Shown: positions 1-12,147 of the stretch, piece by piece
Numbering within the stretch: position 1 is the first letter of the stretch
Layout: the number at the start of each line of letters is the position of its first letter
Assembly: GCF_032444005.1 (NCBI RefSeq)
Contig: NC_091283.1
Coordinates: 833,776,001 to 833,840,000 of the forward strand
DNA from: Ranitomeya imitator
Lineage: Eukaryota
DNA length: 64,000 bases
Direction of reading: 5' to 3'
Position numbers and translations under genes: made by a program
The notes under the pieces: generated by a model
Told to the model about the DNA's origin: nothing
Seen by the model: the letters and a program-made list of their open reading frames with translations, nothing else
The model's database searches: none

Positions 1-210
1 GTACTTCGGGCTGCGCATGTCCAGGAACTGATTTAGACACGCCCTCCTGGAAATATCGAACGCATGCGCATAAAAAACGCATGCAAACGCAGCATTGTTT
101 TCAGTCATGCGTAAGCTGATGCGGGTAAAAAACCGCAGCGTTATCATGCATTTTTCCATGCGTTTGCGGACGATACACTGCGGACTCAACCGCAAATGTG
201 AACCTAGCCC
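1..210. mobile_element. Right part of a Harbinger/PIF-like MITE, apparently inserted into a Tc1 transposase remnant
   Basis: Ends in a TIR-like atgtgaacctagcc resembling other MITE ends in this window; Tc1 coding sequence resumes immediately after. Confidence 0.45.
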
Positions 211-590
211 AAGTAGCATATGAAGGTCCTAGAGTGGCCTAGCCAGTCTCCAGATCTCAACCCCATAGAAAACCTTTGGCGGGAGTTGAAAGTCCGTGTT
301 TCCCAGGCCCAAAACATCACTGCTGTAGAGGAGATCTGCATGGAGGAATGGGCCAACATACCAACAACAGTGTGTGCCAACCTTGTGAAGACTTACAGAA
401 AACGTTTGACCTCTGTCATTGCCAACAAAGGATATATTACAAAGTATTGAGATGAACTTTTGTTAATGACCAAATACTTATTTTCCACCATAATTTGCAA
501 AATAAATCTTCCAAATCAGACAAGGTGATTTTCTGGATTTGTTTTCTCATTGTGACTCTCATAGTTGTGGTCTACCCTATGATGTCAATT
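211..590 (+). pseudogene. Tc1/mariner transposase C-terminal remnant plus part of the 3' terminal repeat
   Basis: ORF 220-450 [22 protein letters not shown]...KGYITKY is the Tc1 DD34E C-terminal signature ([12 protein letters not shown]); the N-terminal part is absent. Confidence 0.9.
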
Positions 591-1217
591 CCGTCAACGC
601 ACCATAGCCCACACCACATAGATACATCCTATATTGAAAACCATGGAGAAAAAAACAAAAACACATAAAAACAGCACGTTGATGCAGAAGAAAAAGAAAA
701 AAGTGTTTTTTTTTATTAATTTTTTAGATTTTTCAGCCATGAAAAAAAAAAATTCCAAGATAAACAACTCCATTTGAACAGACCCCAAGTCTGAATTTTG
801 CGTGTTTTGTGGATAGCACTCGTTCCCTTCATATTCTATGGGACATAAAATATCGGAGACTTGTCCCATTTTGGTCAAAAGCTCGGATCAAAATCAGCAA
901 GGCAAGTCAATTGGGGTCTCTGAAAAAAATCGTATTGCATTCAGATGACATTCAAGTGCAGTCCGTTATTCACGGAATGTCAAATGTAAAATTTTATTTT
1001 TGCTCTTAATTTCTCCGCGTATAAGAAAATTGGATGACACACATAGCAAACTCTGATCAGAATTATTGGTCCGATTTTCTCGCATGCGGAAAAAAAAAAA
1101 AAAAAAGACATCTCACTGAGCCCCGACAGCTGCATGACAAATGAACGCTCCGTCACCCGGCTGCCATATTGCTCATCACCCAGCTTTCCCAGATGTAACC
1201 AAGACACTGCTCCATAA

Positions 1218-1367
<150 letters not shown>

Positions 1368-1865
1368 ATTTTTTGCAAGATACTTCATGCAGCGGAGACA
1401 GGGGCACCTAAACTCACCTCCCCTGCCCCTCACAGTCCATTTATCAATGCCCCAGATTATACCCTAATTAGCGTCTCACCCCACCAGTGCAGGGCTGCAC
1501 CAGCATCCCCCCTCCATACCAGGCACCTCCTCGGATTTGCTGTGTGACACTTACTAGCTGAAGGAGCCCCATTTACAAGCAAAATGCAAACACTGCCACC
1601 TGGTGGCTGCTGTACACACTGCACCCATATGTCTGCTGCTAATTGGATCCAGACCCTAGATCACCCCCAATACAGCAGCTGTTACCCCCCAAATCAATCC
1701 TTTCTGATCAAACTCCCGCACCTCCCCACTTTTGTCCTCCACTCCTGCTGCATACAACGTTGACATCTGTGTGCATATCTACTTAATTTATTATGCTGAA
1801 GCCTCTCCCCCTTTTCTGTCACTTTTTTTTTTTTCAAACAGGTTTGTGTTTTATAGAAAGAGGAA

Positions 1866-1871
1866 AATAAA
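1866..1871 (+). terminator. Candidate GNB3 polyadenylation signal
   Basis: AATAAA about 500 nt downstream of the stop codon. Confidence 0.4.
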
Positions 1872-2140
1872 ATCTATTTTAGGTCATAGAAGCCGAAGAT
1901 TTTTGGCATCTTTCGGACATGTTACTGATTTTATTAAATCTCAGGTTTGCAGCTACTTTGGACTCAGTCTTTCTAGATCTCTCCATATACGTCAGTACGG
2001 CATACAACATGTGTGTGTGGATAACGTATTATAGCAGATATATTCCTGTACATAGGAGCAGTATTATAGTAGTTATATTCTTGTACATAGGGGCAGTATT
2101 ATAGTAGTTATATTCTTGTATATAGGGGCAGTATTATAGT

Positions 2141-2526
2141 AAAAAGCAGAAGTCCAGCGCGGGTGATGTCCATAAAAAATACCTTTTATTCCATATTCGT
2201 TAAAAGCACATAAATCCAAAGTCCATCTTCATATCCATAGACACAAAAACGGGTGATTCATACCAGTGACAGTCACAGGCTTAAGGTGCATTAATGCACT
2301 TTAAGCCTGTGACTGTCACTGGTATGAATCACCCGTTTTTGTGTCTATGGATATGAAGATGGACTTTGGATGTATGTGCTTTTAACGAATATGGAATAAA
2401 AGGTATTTTTTATGGACATCACCCGCGCTGGACTTCTGCTTTTTCCTTCAAACTACTTGCTGCACTGCATGATCCGTGCGCTTGGCCTGAGAGGAGGTGA
2501 GCTGATCTTCGTTGCTTTTTCTTTTC
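2141..2526. mobile_element. Insertion containing a 304-bp loopless palindrome (2141-2444); possibly a Penelope-like remnant
   Basis: Arms 2141-2292 and 2293-2444 are reverse complements with 2 mismatches; cagtattatagt flanks both sides (2129-2140, 2527-2538); family assignment is inference. Confidence 0.55.
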
Positions 2527-2601
2527 CAGTATTATAGTAGTTATATTCTTGTACATAGGGACAGTATTATAGTAGTTCTATTGTACATAGGAGCAGTGTT
2601 A

Positions 2602-2813
2602 GGCCGGGATCACACATGCGAGAAACAAGTCCATGTCTCGCATGTGAAATCCAAGCTCTGGCGCCGGCACTGTGGAGCGGAGCGTGCAGCCGCATAGCAA
2701 CACATGGAGCCGCACTCTCCGCTCCCAGGAGCCGCACTCTCCGCTTCTAAGTGCCAGAGCTTGGATTTCACATGCGAGACACGGACGTGTTTCTCACATG
2801 TGTGATCCCAGCC
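2602..2813. mobile_element. Harbinger/PIF-type MITE
   Basis: TIRs ggccgggatcacacatgcgagaaac / gtttctcacatgtgtgatcccagcc; TTA duplication at 2599-2601 and 2814-2816. Confidence 0.85.
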
Positions 2814-3807
2814 TTATAGTAGTTATATTCCTGTGCACTGGGAGCAGTATTATAGTGGCAGATATACACGGCACCATTATTTGAGTGTCTTCGTACTTCT
2901 AACAATACATTTTTTTTCTATCCTGCTGGGACCGCCAGAGGTTGGGGCTTTAAAGGGAATCTGTCACCCCCTTGGATATTTAAGCTATTACTATGGGCAT
3001 ACAGGTCATAGAATTGCTAATACTGTCTTAAGGTACCTTCACACTAAGCGACGCTGCAGCAATTTAGACAATGATGTCGATCGCTGCAGCGTCGCTGTTT
3101 GGTCGCTGGAGAGCTGTCACACAGACAGCTCTCCAGCGACCAACGATCCGAAGCCCCCGGGTAACCAGGGTAAACATTGGGTTACTAAGTGCAGGGCCGC
3201 GCTTAGTAACCCGATGTTTACCCTGGTTACCATCCTAAAAGTAAAAAAAAAACAAACGCTTCATACTTACCTTCCGCTGTCTGTCCCCGGCGCTCTGCTT
3301 CTCTGTACTGGCTGTGAGCACAGCGGTGACGTCACCGCTCTGCTTTCCGGCCGCTGTGCTCACAGTGAGTGCAGGAAAAATGATAATTACTTACGGGTAA
3401 TTTGATTTTCCAGAACCATGACAGCACCGTACGTGAGAGATGGCATCCACCCCCAGGAACAGGAAACCTGTAGCAGAGATATAAGAATGGGGCGGCCCCT
3501 CTCTCCTCAGTTTGTTTCAGAGTATGGAAGATGACCGCTTTGTTAGTACACAGTTATGTATTCTATTTACATTGTACAAGTTTCTATTAGTTTTTTATCT
3601 ATATACATATTTCCTTACACTTATTTACTTATATATAATAAGTTTTTTTTTTTTTTTTTTTTGTGAATCACACAACCATCACCAAGATAGGGCGGGAATT
3701 AATGCGGTGCTGTCATGGTTCTGGAAAATCAGATTACCCGTAAGTAATTATCATTTTTTCCCTTCACCATGACAGCACCGTACGTGAGAGGAAGAAATAG
3801 AAGACTC

Positions 3808-4101
3808 CTAGGGTGGGACAACAGCAGATAACACCTTTCTCCCAAAAGACAAGTCTGAAAGACCTAAGTCTAGTCTATAATGCCGGAAGAAGGTAGATGG
3901 TGAAGACCATACCGCTGCTTTACAAATCTGTTCCACCGAGGCGCATGCCCTTTCCGCCCAGGAAGTGGCAATAGCACGCGTGGAGTGAGCCGTGACACCT
4001 TGTGGGGGAACTTGACCAGAAGAGGAATATGAAAGTGAGATAGCTGTACGCAACCACCTTTGAGGCCTTTTTTCCCCTGTTTGTCCCCTGGAAGGTGACA
4101 A
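3808..4101 (-). pseudogene. DIRS tyrosine recombinase C-terminus, frameshifted off the main ORF
   Basis: RWLRTAISLSY...AHSTRAIATSWA...STFFRHYRLD carries the catalytic H-x-x-R and Y residues of YRs. Confidence 0.9.
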
Positions 4102-6961
4102 AAAGGGCCGATGACTGACGCCAAGATTTTGAGGCTTCTATGTATTGAAGCAGGCAACGTCTGACATCGAGACAATGGAAGGTTTGCTCCCCCTGGGATT
4201 TTGGTTGGGGACAAAATGAGGGAAGAATAATTTCCTGGTCTCTATGAAATTTTGAATTGACCTTCGGAAGGAAGGCAGGATCGGTTTTGATAACCACTTT
4301 GTCATCATGAAAGGTGGTGTAAGGAGGGTTCACCGACATAGCCTGTAATTCACAAGTACGACGGACAGAAGTTAGAGCAACCAGAAGGACCGTTTTTAGG
4401 GTCAAGGATTTTATTGATATAGAATCAAGAGGCTCAAAGGGGGAAACGGTTAGAGCATTTAACACTAAATTTAAATCCCAGGGAGCCACTTTAGGTAATA
4501 ATTTTGAGGGTCTGGATGTAAAAGAGGCTCGTATGAACCTATAGACCCAAGGGTGATCAGCAAGTTTATGATCAAACAGCTCACCCAGGGCAGAGACTTG
4601 CACTTTTAAGGTGCTAGTAGACAGACCCCTTTCCAACCCTTTTTGGAGAAATTCAAGAATTTCTTTTACCGGGACTTGCTGACTTGTTTCGGACAATTGT
4701 CGCCCCGAGAAATCTAGGAACTTTTGCCAGATGTTTTGGTATTTCTCTGAGGTGACCTTTTTCCTGCTGGCTAGCAACGTGGTTACCAAAGGGTTTGAGA
4801 ATCCTTTTGCTAACAGAAGTCCCCTCAAGTTCCAGGCGGTGAGGTGTAGCCTGTGTACTTGGGGATGTTGAACTGGTCCCTGGTGCAGGAGATCCGGGGC
4901 ATCCGGAAAGATCCATGGGTCCGAGATAGACATGCGTCTGAGCCACGTGAACCATGCCCTTTTCGGCCAAAACGGAGCTATGAGGATCACTCGTGCCTTG
5001 TCTTCCCGAATTTTCCTGAGGACTGTCGGGATTAATGGTATTGGGGGAAACGCGTATGCTAGATGGAAGTCCCACCGATATAGAAACGCGTCTACTCCCT
5101 CCGGGTGTTCTCTTGGGTTCAGAGAATAGAACTTCTTCACCTTCCGATTTTCTTTTGTGGCGAATAGGTCTATCTCTGGAACGCCCCAGCTGGCACATAT
5201 TTCGCCAAACACTCGCTGGTTCAGGGACCACTCCCCTTGACATAGCGTGTGACGGCTCAAGAAGTCGGCTACCTGATTCTCTGACCCTCTTAAGTATGTT
5301 CCGGTTAGTGAAAGAAGGTTGTTCTCGGCCCATGTAAAAAGTTCTTTGGCCTCTGCCATAAGGGATGGTGACCTTGTGCCCCCTTGGTGATTTATATAGG
5401 CTATCGTCGTGTTGTTGTCGGAGAGCACTACAACATGTCTTCCCCGAATCCTTTCTCCTATATGAAGAAGTGCCAGCCGTACTGCAGACAATTCCTTCCG
5501 ATTGGAGGATGCTGAGGTCATTGGGATCCCCCATTGACCCTGTAGGACCTGATCCTCCAAGTGTGCTCCCCACCCCCATGGACTCGCATCGGTAGTAACG
5601 ACTAATGGATCTTGTACTGACCATGGCACCGCGTTGCTTAAATTTTCTGTTTTCAGCCACCATTCTAGTGAGTCCTGAACTGTTGGAGATAGAAGAATCT
5701 TCCGATTTAGATTGTACGGACTCCTGTCCTGTTCGGCCAGAATCTGCCATTGTAACTCTCGTGTGTGGCTTTGTGCCCACCGAGTTGCTGGAATCGTTGC
5801 CGTCAGGACTCCTAAGAGCGACATTGCATTTCTCAGGGAGATAATCCGTTGTAGTTGAAACAATTGTATCTTCTGCCGAATAGATTGAATTTTTCTCTGT
5901 GGGAGGACACACTCTTGCTTGACTGAATCCAATAAGATTCCGAGGAATTCTTGAGTCTGTGTTGGGACGAGTCTTGATTTTTTCAGGTTTATCATCCATC
6001 CCAATCTGGTTAGTACTTCCAGTACTCTTGCGACTGCTTTCTCGCAATTTTCTTTGCTGTTTGCTATTACCAAAAAATTGTCCAAATATGGTACCAACAT
6101 TATGTCTTCTTTCCTGATGAAAGATGCCACCTCGGAAATAATTTTTGTGAATATGCGGGGCGCTATGGCTACCCCAAAGGGAAGACACTGATACTGTAGA
6201 TGGACGGGGGTCTTTGCAAGGTTTACCACTAATCTTAGATATTGTTGGTGTTGGACAGCGATTGGCACATGGTAGTAAGCATCTGTGAGATCGATCACTG
6301 CCATGTAACAGTATGGGTTGAGTACTTTCACTGCGGTTTTTAAGGTCTCCATCTTGAATTTTTCTATTTGAATATAATGGTTCAGGGCCTTCAGGTTGAA
6401 TATTACCCTCAGCGAGCCGTCTGGTTTTGGTGTTAAAAATAAGGTGCTGTAGAACCCTTTCCCTATCTCCTGATGAGGTACTTTTATTAATACCTCTTTT
6501 TGGATGAGGAGATGAATTTCTCTCTCTAGTGTGGCCTGATTTTTCCCCGCCACTTGGGTCATTTTTACCCGATTTGGTGGGAGGATGGAGAACTTGAGTT
6601 TTAGACCCTCTGACAATAAGTTGGTTACCCATTGAGAAGCCGGCAGTGCTGCCCAGTGATGGACAAACCGCCGGAGTCTTCCCCCCACCGGAAAGCTGGC
6701 GTCATTGAGGTCTGGGATCAGACTTGGGAGGAGGCTTGTTGAAAAGAAATCCTCTCTCTTTCCGGTCTCTCCAAGGTCTGCCTCGACTAGACCTGTCATC
6801 TGATCGGCCGCGGGTTCCTCTATATCCAGATCCACGAAAGGACGAACGAGAGGTTTCCCACCGGCGTCTGGGAAAGGAAGGAGGTGGAAACCGCTTTTTC
6901 TTGTCCGACGCTTTCTCAAGGATCTCGTCCAGAGCCTTGCCAAAAAGGTATTGCCCTTCAC
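3920..6961 (-). pseudogene. DIRS RT-RNaseH-DNA N6-methyltransferase-like region running into the N-terminal part of the tyrosine recombinase
   Basis: GFYSTLFLTPKPDG, IDLTDAYYHVPI, LPFG, YLDN (catalytic YLDD mutated), TTDASPWGWG, SDN, DLFAT...AYAFPP. Confidence 0.85.
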
Positions 6962-7727
6962 AGGGTACTCCGCAGAGTTTGACCTTCGACTGAAAGTCAG
7001 CTGTCCAATTCTTCAGCCACAATGCTCTACGTCCTGAATTGGATAAAGCACATGCACGTGCGGCACTCCTCACGGAGTCTATTGAGGCATCCGCCAGGAA
7101 CCTCGCGGCGCCCTGAAGAGAGGGCAATGCTTCCAGTAGTCTCTCTCTCGGGCATTTGTTTCTGATTTGGTCACTTAACTCCTCCAACCACTTGACCATA
7201 GCCCGTGCCGTGCAAGTGGCAGCAACCCCGGGTTTAAATGACCATGTTGCTGCTTCCCAGGCCGACTTTAGAAAAGCATCTGCTTTTTTGTCGAGGGGGT
7301 CTTTTAGGGCTCCCATGTCCTCAAATGGTAAAGCAACCCCCTTAGAGGTGCTGGCGATGGCTGCATCTAACTTAGGCGCCTTGTCCCACTTCTCACAGAC
7401 CTCCTCGTTAAAGGGGTATTTGCGTTTCAAAGCCTGAGGGATGGACATCTTTTTATTAGGCTTTTTCCACTCCCGTTTTATTAAATTGACTATGTTATCA
7501 TGGAAGGGAAAAAATTTCTTCTTTTCCTCCTCCAAATTACTAAACATAGTATCTTGGACTGTCCGCGGTTCCTTAGGAGTCTCTACTCCCATAGTCGTTC
7601 TGACTAGTTTGAGCAGCTTTCCAATATCTTCTGATTGAAAATAAGGGTGACCATACTCTTTCCCTAAAAAGAGCGAGGGGAGAAAACAGGCGCGCACAGA
7701 AGCCCCTTCACCCGGGCAGCACCGCAC
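6702..7727 (-). pseudogene. DIRS ORF1 (gag-like), probably 5'-damaged
   Basis: 341-aa ORF with KYPF, WDKAPKLDAAI, LKDPLDKKAD and LWLKNW motifs typical of vertebrate DIRS ORF1; ends CCT CAA TGA overlapping the RT frame; opens on GTG rather than ATG. Confidence 0.8.
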
Positions 7728-8999
7728 GCAGCGCCGCCGAGCATGGCTGCCCCCCCGCGGACCTCGGCCTCCGGACCGGACTCATCAGAGGGGGTATCCC
7801 TCCGGAGGTAGGAGCTCTGCAACAGGCGTCCACCTGCAGGAACAGGAAACCAAAACTGAGGAGAGAGGGGCCGCCCCATTCTTATATCTCTGCTACAGGT
7901 TTCCTGTTCCTGGGGGCGGATGCCATCTCTCACGTACGGTGCTGTCATGGTGAAGGGAAAAGCACAGCGCCGAGGACAGACAGCGGAAGGTAAGTATGAA
8001 GCGATTGCTTTTTTTACTTTTAGGATGGTAACCAGGGTAAACATCGGGTTACTAAGCGCGGCCCTGCGCTTAGTAACCCGATGTTTACCCTGGTTACCAG
8101 CGAAGACCTCGCTGAATCGGCGTCACACACGCCGATTCAGCGATGTCAGCGGGAGATCCAGCGACCAAAGAAAGTTCTGGCCTTCTAGCCCCGACCAACG
8201 ACATCACAGCAGGATCCTGATCGCCGCTGTGTGTCACACGGAATGATATCGCTAGCCAGGACGCTGCAACGTCACAGATCGCTAGCGATATCGTTTAGTG
8301 TGAAGGTACCTTTACCTGTACGTTCAATAGCTGCAGTCTAATTGTGGAGAAATAGATTTTAAGCGTTTATGCTAATTATTTCTTCCAGGCTCCAGGGCAT
8401 TCAGTGTTTGGCAAAAACCTGCCTCCTGACTTCATTCTAATACCAACCACACAAATGCTACTGTGCAAGTGACTCGCCGATGCAGCAGGATGGAGACACT
8501 GCCCATAGAAGGGACAAGTACCTAGAACAGCGCTGGTGCAGGTGCGGGATTACGGCACCACGAAAGCACGTCACAGGTCAGGGTTACGTGCATGGTAAGA
8601 GGGGGTTATTAAAATGAAGTCAGGAAGCAGAGATTTGTTCCAGGCACCGCACGCCCCGGAGCCTGGGAGAAATTAACACAAGACCCAATTTCTCCACAGC
8701 TAGACTGCAGCTATGGGGCATACAGGTAAGACTATTTTAACCATTTTATTACCTGTATGCCCATATTAACAGCTTAAAAGCATCCAGGGGGTGACAGATT
8801 CCCTTTAAAACCCAGAGATAAGGCCACATGTGTGCACCTCGGCTCCATTCAGGGGTAATAAACCCTTTACCTCCGGTTTGTCTTCTGTAGGGATCTGTGC
8901 TCCCTATAACGTTGTATAATGCAGAACACAGATTGCCTTCTCCTTACACCTGAACAACAATTGCTCTTAATCAGACATCGTCAATATTAAAAATTTACA

Positions 9000-9005
9000 T
9001 TTATT
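9000..9005 (-). terminator. CDCA3 polyadenylation signal
   Basis: AATAAA on the minus strand about 144 nt after the stop codon. Confidence 0.6.
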
Positions 9006-9148
9006 TGGTCCTACATACATCAGACAATTTACAATAGTAGTGTGCGAGTATAGCGGCAGCAGCGGTAGTAGAGGTGCGGGGGGCACGGTATGCCAAGTAC
9101 ACATATATACACCAAAGTTTGATAATGGGGGGGGATGTCGGCAGGGGC

Positions 9149-12147
9149 TCAGCTGTCGCTCTGCGTGTAGAGTGCGTTCTCCTTATTATGAGACATTTCC
9201 CAGCTGGTGTGCGAGATCTTCGTGGTCCTGAGAGACGACGGCTGCTCAGGCTGGAAGGGGAGGATTTTCACCTGCAAATGGGAAAGACGAACCAACGTCA
9301 GATCATCCCAAATACTGAACTTCAGAAACTGAGACCCAAGCTCACTAGAAAAATGTTGGTTCAATGTGACCTTACATAGAGCAGACAGCAGGGGTCCGGG
9401 CGACCAAATCAGACCCCAAACATTTAGCTCATGTTTCTATGCACAAAAGTTACTGTTCCCTTCCTCCCAGCTAAGTTTCTGCAGGTGCCGGCAAGTTTTG
9501 GAATGTGTCTGTCATGCAGAAATCACTGGGATTCTTCTTGGGCACCTCACAAAAGCCTATATGGAAAAACTGCATGACAAACGCACAGTGAGCACGAGGC
9601 TCTATGAAGTCACATCCAGTAACCCCCATCCCGAATGACTAGCAGCATTAACGCTAATGGAAACATGGCCTCTCCTGATTATATCGTTTTTGCTTGCTGC
9701 GCTCCCACCCTGAATTGTTGTCCCTCCTATCATGTACACAGCGAAAAAAAAAAACTAAAAGGAAATGGCCATTTGATCATGCTGGGATTTCCGACCTAGG
9801 GCACGGCAGAGCGGTTTCATTCAGTACACACAGAGCATGGCGTTAAATGAGATTTCCCCAAGATTCAACGTTATCCCCATCCATAGAATGGGTAATAACT
9901 ACCTAATCACCGGGGGACCGACTGCTGTGATCCCCCCGGATCCCGAGAGCGGGGCACCACCTAAATGTAGCATCACTCTCTATAGCGCTGGAGATTTAAC
10001 TACTCCATCTAGCCTTAGCATTGCAGAGCTTAACTATCAGGGTTATTTCAGGTCCCAGTGGTCAGACCTCCAACCCCATGGATGGAGAATACTTGTGAAT
10101 GCCCCTTTAGAGAGAATCTGCACCCCAAAATTTGAGTATAAGGCCACCGGCATCAGGGGCTTATCTAGAGCATTCTGTAATGCATTCTGTAATGCTGTAG
10201 ATAAGCACCCGATGTATCCTGCAAGATAAGAAAAAGAGGTTAGATTATACTCCCGTTCGGGTCCGATGTGCATCACGGTCTGGGGCCTCCCATCTTCATA
10301 CGATGACGTCCACTTCTTTTCTTCCTGCGCAGGCGTACTTTATCTGCCCTGTTGAGGGCAGAGCAAAGTACTGCAGTGCGCAGGAAAGGTCAGAGGCCCG
10401 GCAAATCAGTACCCCTGCACAGGAGTCGCAGCAGGAAGAAAAGAAGAGGACGTCATCGCATGAAGATGGGAGGCCCCAGACCGTGACGCCCATCGGACCC
10501 AAAACGAACCAGGACCGCCCCTAGGTGAGTAGAATATAACCTTTATTTCTCATCTTTCAGGTTACATCGGGGGCTTATCTACAGCATTACAGAATGCTGT
10601 AGATAAGCCCCTGATGCCGGTGGGCTTAACTTATACTCAAATTTTAGGGTGACAGATTCCCTTTAAGGAGGGCTTCCCAGAATCAAACCTGTTGATAAGC
10701 GATGGCTATGTGCTCCACGACACCCAGAGTTTTGATTCTGTGGCCATCACTTTAGGTGTAGCCTCCTAGGCGCACATGCTCTTAGGATGTAGGACGTCCC
10801 CTGGCTCAGACATCAGCCTGGTGGTCCCCATGTCACGTTGCACCATCAAGGGGCTCAGAGCGCCACAGACATAACATTAAGTGTCCGGTTCGTGCAGACC
10901 CCATCAGTGCTGGATTTCAGCGGTTTTGTATTTTTTGGTACTTTGTGCAATCACTGCCTTACCTGTCGGTTTTGCGCAGCCATGCTGGGTGAATAGTCTT
11001 CCTGCAGGACTTTCAGTGGTGACCGGCCATGGGCAGGGGAGGCCAACGCTTTCCTGGGTCGCTGGCGAACATTCTTAGTACCTATAACAGGAGAATACGC
11101 AGTGATATGAGAGCAGCAGAAACTCGTCGGCACGAGGCTGTAACTAAGGCTTTGCTCCGTGGCGTCACCTGCGGCACGTGGAGATTTGCTCCTTGGTTTC
11201 TGTTGCTGCAGGGTGGCCGGAGGCGGCTCTGGAGACGTCACAGGTTCCTCCGCAGGCTCCTTCTCTTCTTCCTCCGCGGGTGGAGGGAGCGCGTCACTCG
11301 CTGGTTGGTCGTCTGGGGACTCAGCCGTAGCTTCTTTATTGGCTTCCGGACTGGCCTCAATCCCAGAATCCTCGGAGACAAACACCTCGCTGAGCTGCTT
11401 AGCCAGAAGGTTCAAGGAAGCTGGAAAAGAAAAGACAATTAGAGGGTTAATGGCAGCTTAACCTATGGAGATCACTGAAAATAGAAGTCCTCAAGTCGTC
11501 CTCCGCCGCTCCATGGCCTAATTATCAAGCAATATGGCTGCTGTCACAGCCCCACTTTCCCAGAGCCCTGAATGACATATCTGGTCTAAGGCGCTAAGCT
11601 GGTTAACAGCTGACGGTGACTAAGGACCGTCTCCCCACACAGGGATGTGACGTGCCCCGATAAATCACCCGTTACTTCCTGAAACGTCTCTGCTTGCCAT
11701 CAATAAATGGAAACGATCGTTTCCTAGTCCCGAGTTTGCTGCATTGCATCAGTATAGATGGGTGCCATGAGCTGGGGAGTCTGGTACAGCGACCATGTAC
11801 TCACCATGTAAAGAGGGGCGCAGGGGGGTGCGTGCAATGCCCTGTGTGGGGGAGCGGGGGTCACTTGTGCTGGAGGGTTCCACCGTTTCCTCCTCTGCTG
11901 CCACTACATGGTGAGAACTCTGCGGAGACTCCACAACCTGCAGGAGCAGAAGGACGAGGTCAGAAGGACGAGGTCAGACATCTCCGGGTGAGAGACAACA
12001 GAAATCAGCATCACAAGCACCGACCTCAATAGGAGTCCTGGGGATCCCAGCCGTAGGGGAGCGGGGGTCAATCACACGCATCAGGTGGAGGTTTCGTAGA
12101 GGACGAGATGGAGTCACCTGCTGCTCTCTGGAATCTGCTGCCCCCAT
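9149..12147 (-). CDS. CDCA3: Cell division cycle associated 3 (Tome-1), 249 aa; coding exons 12147-12025, 11937-11805, 11420-11169, 11081-10963, 9271-9149
   Basis: All GT-AG boundaries are phase-compatible (750 nt total); motifs DPRSPTAGIPRTPI, DPRSPTQGIARTPL, LAKQLSEVF, GRSPLKVLQED and a C-terminal KEN box. Confidence 0.93.
10111..10662. mobile_element. T2/Kolobok-type MITE in the last CDCA3 intron
   Basis: Degenerate left TIR agagaatctgcacccc, right TIR gggtgacagattccct followed by TTAA; internal inverted repeats. Confidence 0.75.

Larger units (their letters stand above)
2025..2870. repeat. About 35-bp tandem repeat (gcagtattatagtagttatattcttgtacataggg) interrupted by two insertions
   Basis: Units visible at 2025-2140, 2527-2600 and 2815-2870. 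Confidence 0.8.
3377..7960 (-). mobile_element. DIRS1-like tyrosine-recombinase retrotransposon, both termini present, coding region damaged
   Basis: About 95-bp inverted terminal repeats (about 3418-3513 vs 7855-7950); ICR at 3706-3790 complementary to both termini; gag, RT/RNaseH/methyltransferase and YR coding regions. Confidence 0.95.
3031..8311. mobile_element. Harbinger/PIF-type MITE (middle shell), host of the DIRS element
   Basis: TIRs aggtaccttcacactaa / ttagtgtgaaggtacct; TTA duplication at 3028-3030 and 8312-8314; internal hairpins ggtaaccagggtaaac...gtttaccctggttacc on both sides. Confidence 0.85.
2954..8804. mobile_element. T2/Kolobok-type MITE (outer shell of a nested insertion)
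   Basis: TTAA at 2950-2953 and 8805-8808; TIRs agggaatctgtcacccc / ggggtgacagattccct. Confidence 0.85.

Noticed and set aside
11029-11461. Plus-strand ORFs of 100-137 aa overlapping CDCA3 exons 3-4
   Set aside because: GC-rich antisense shadow of the CDCA3 coding exons.
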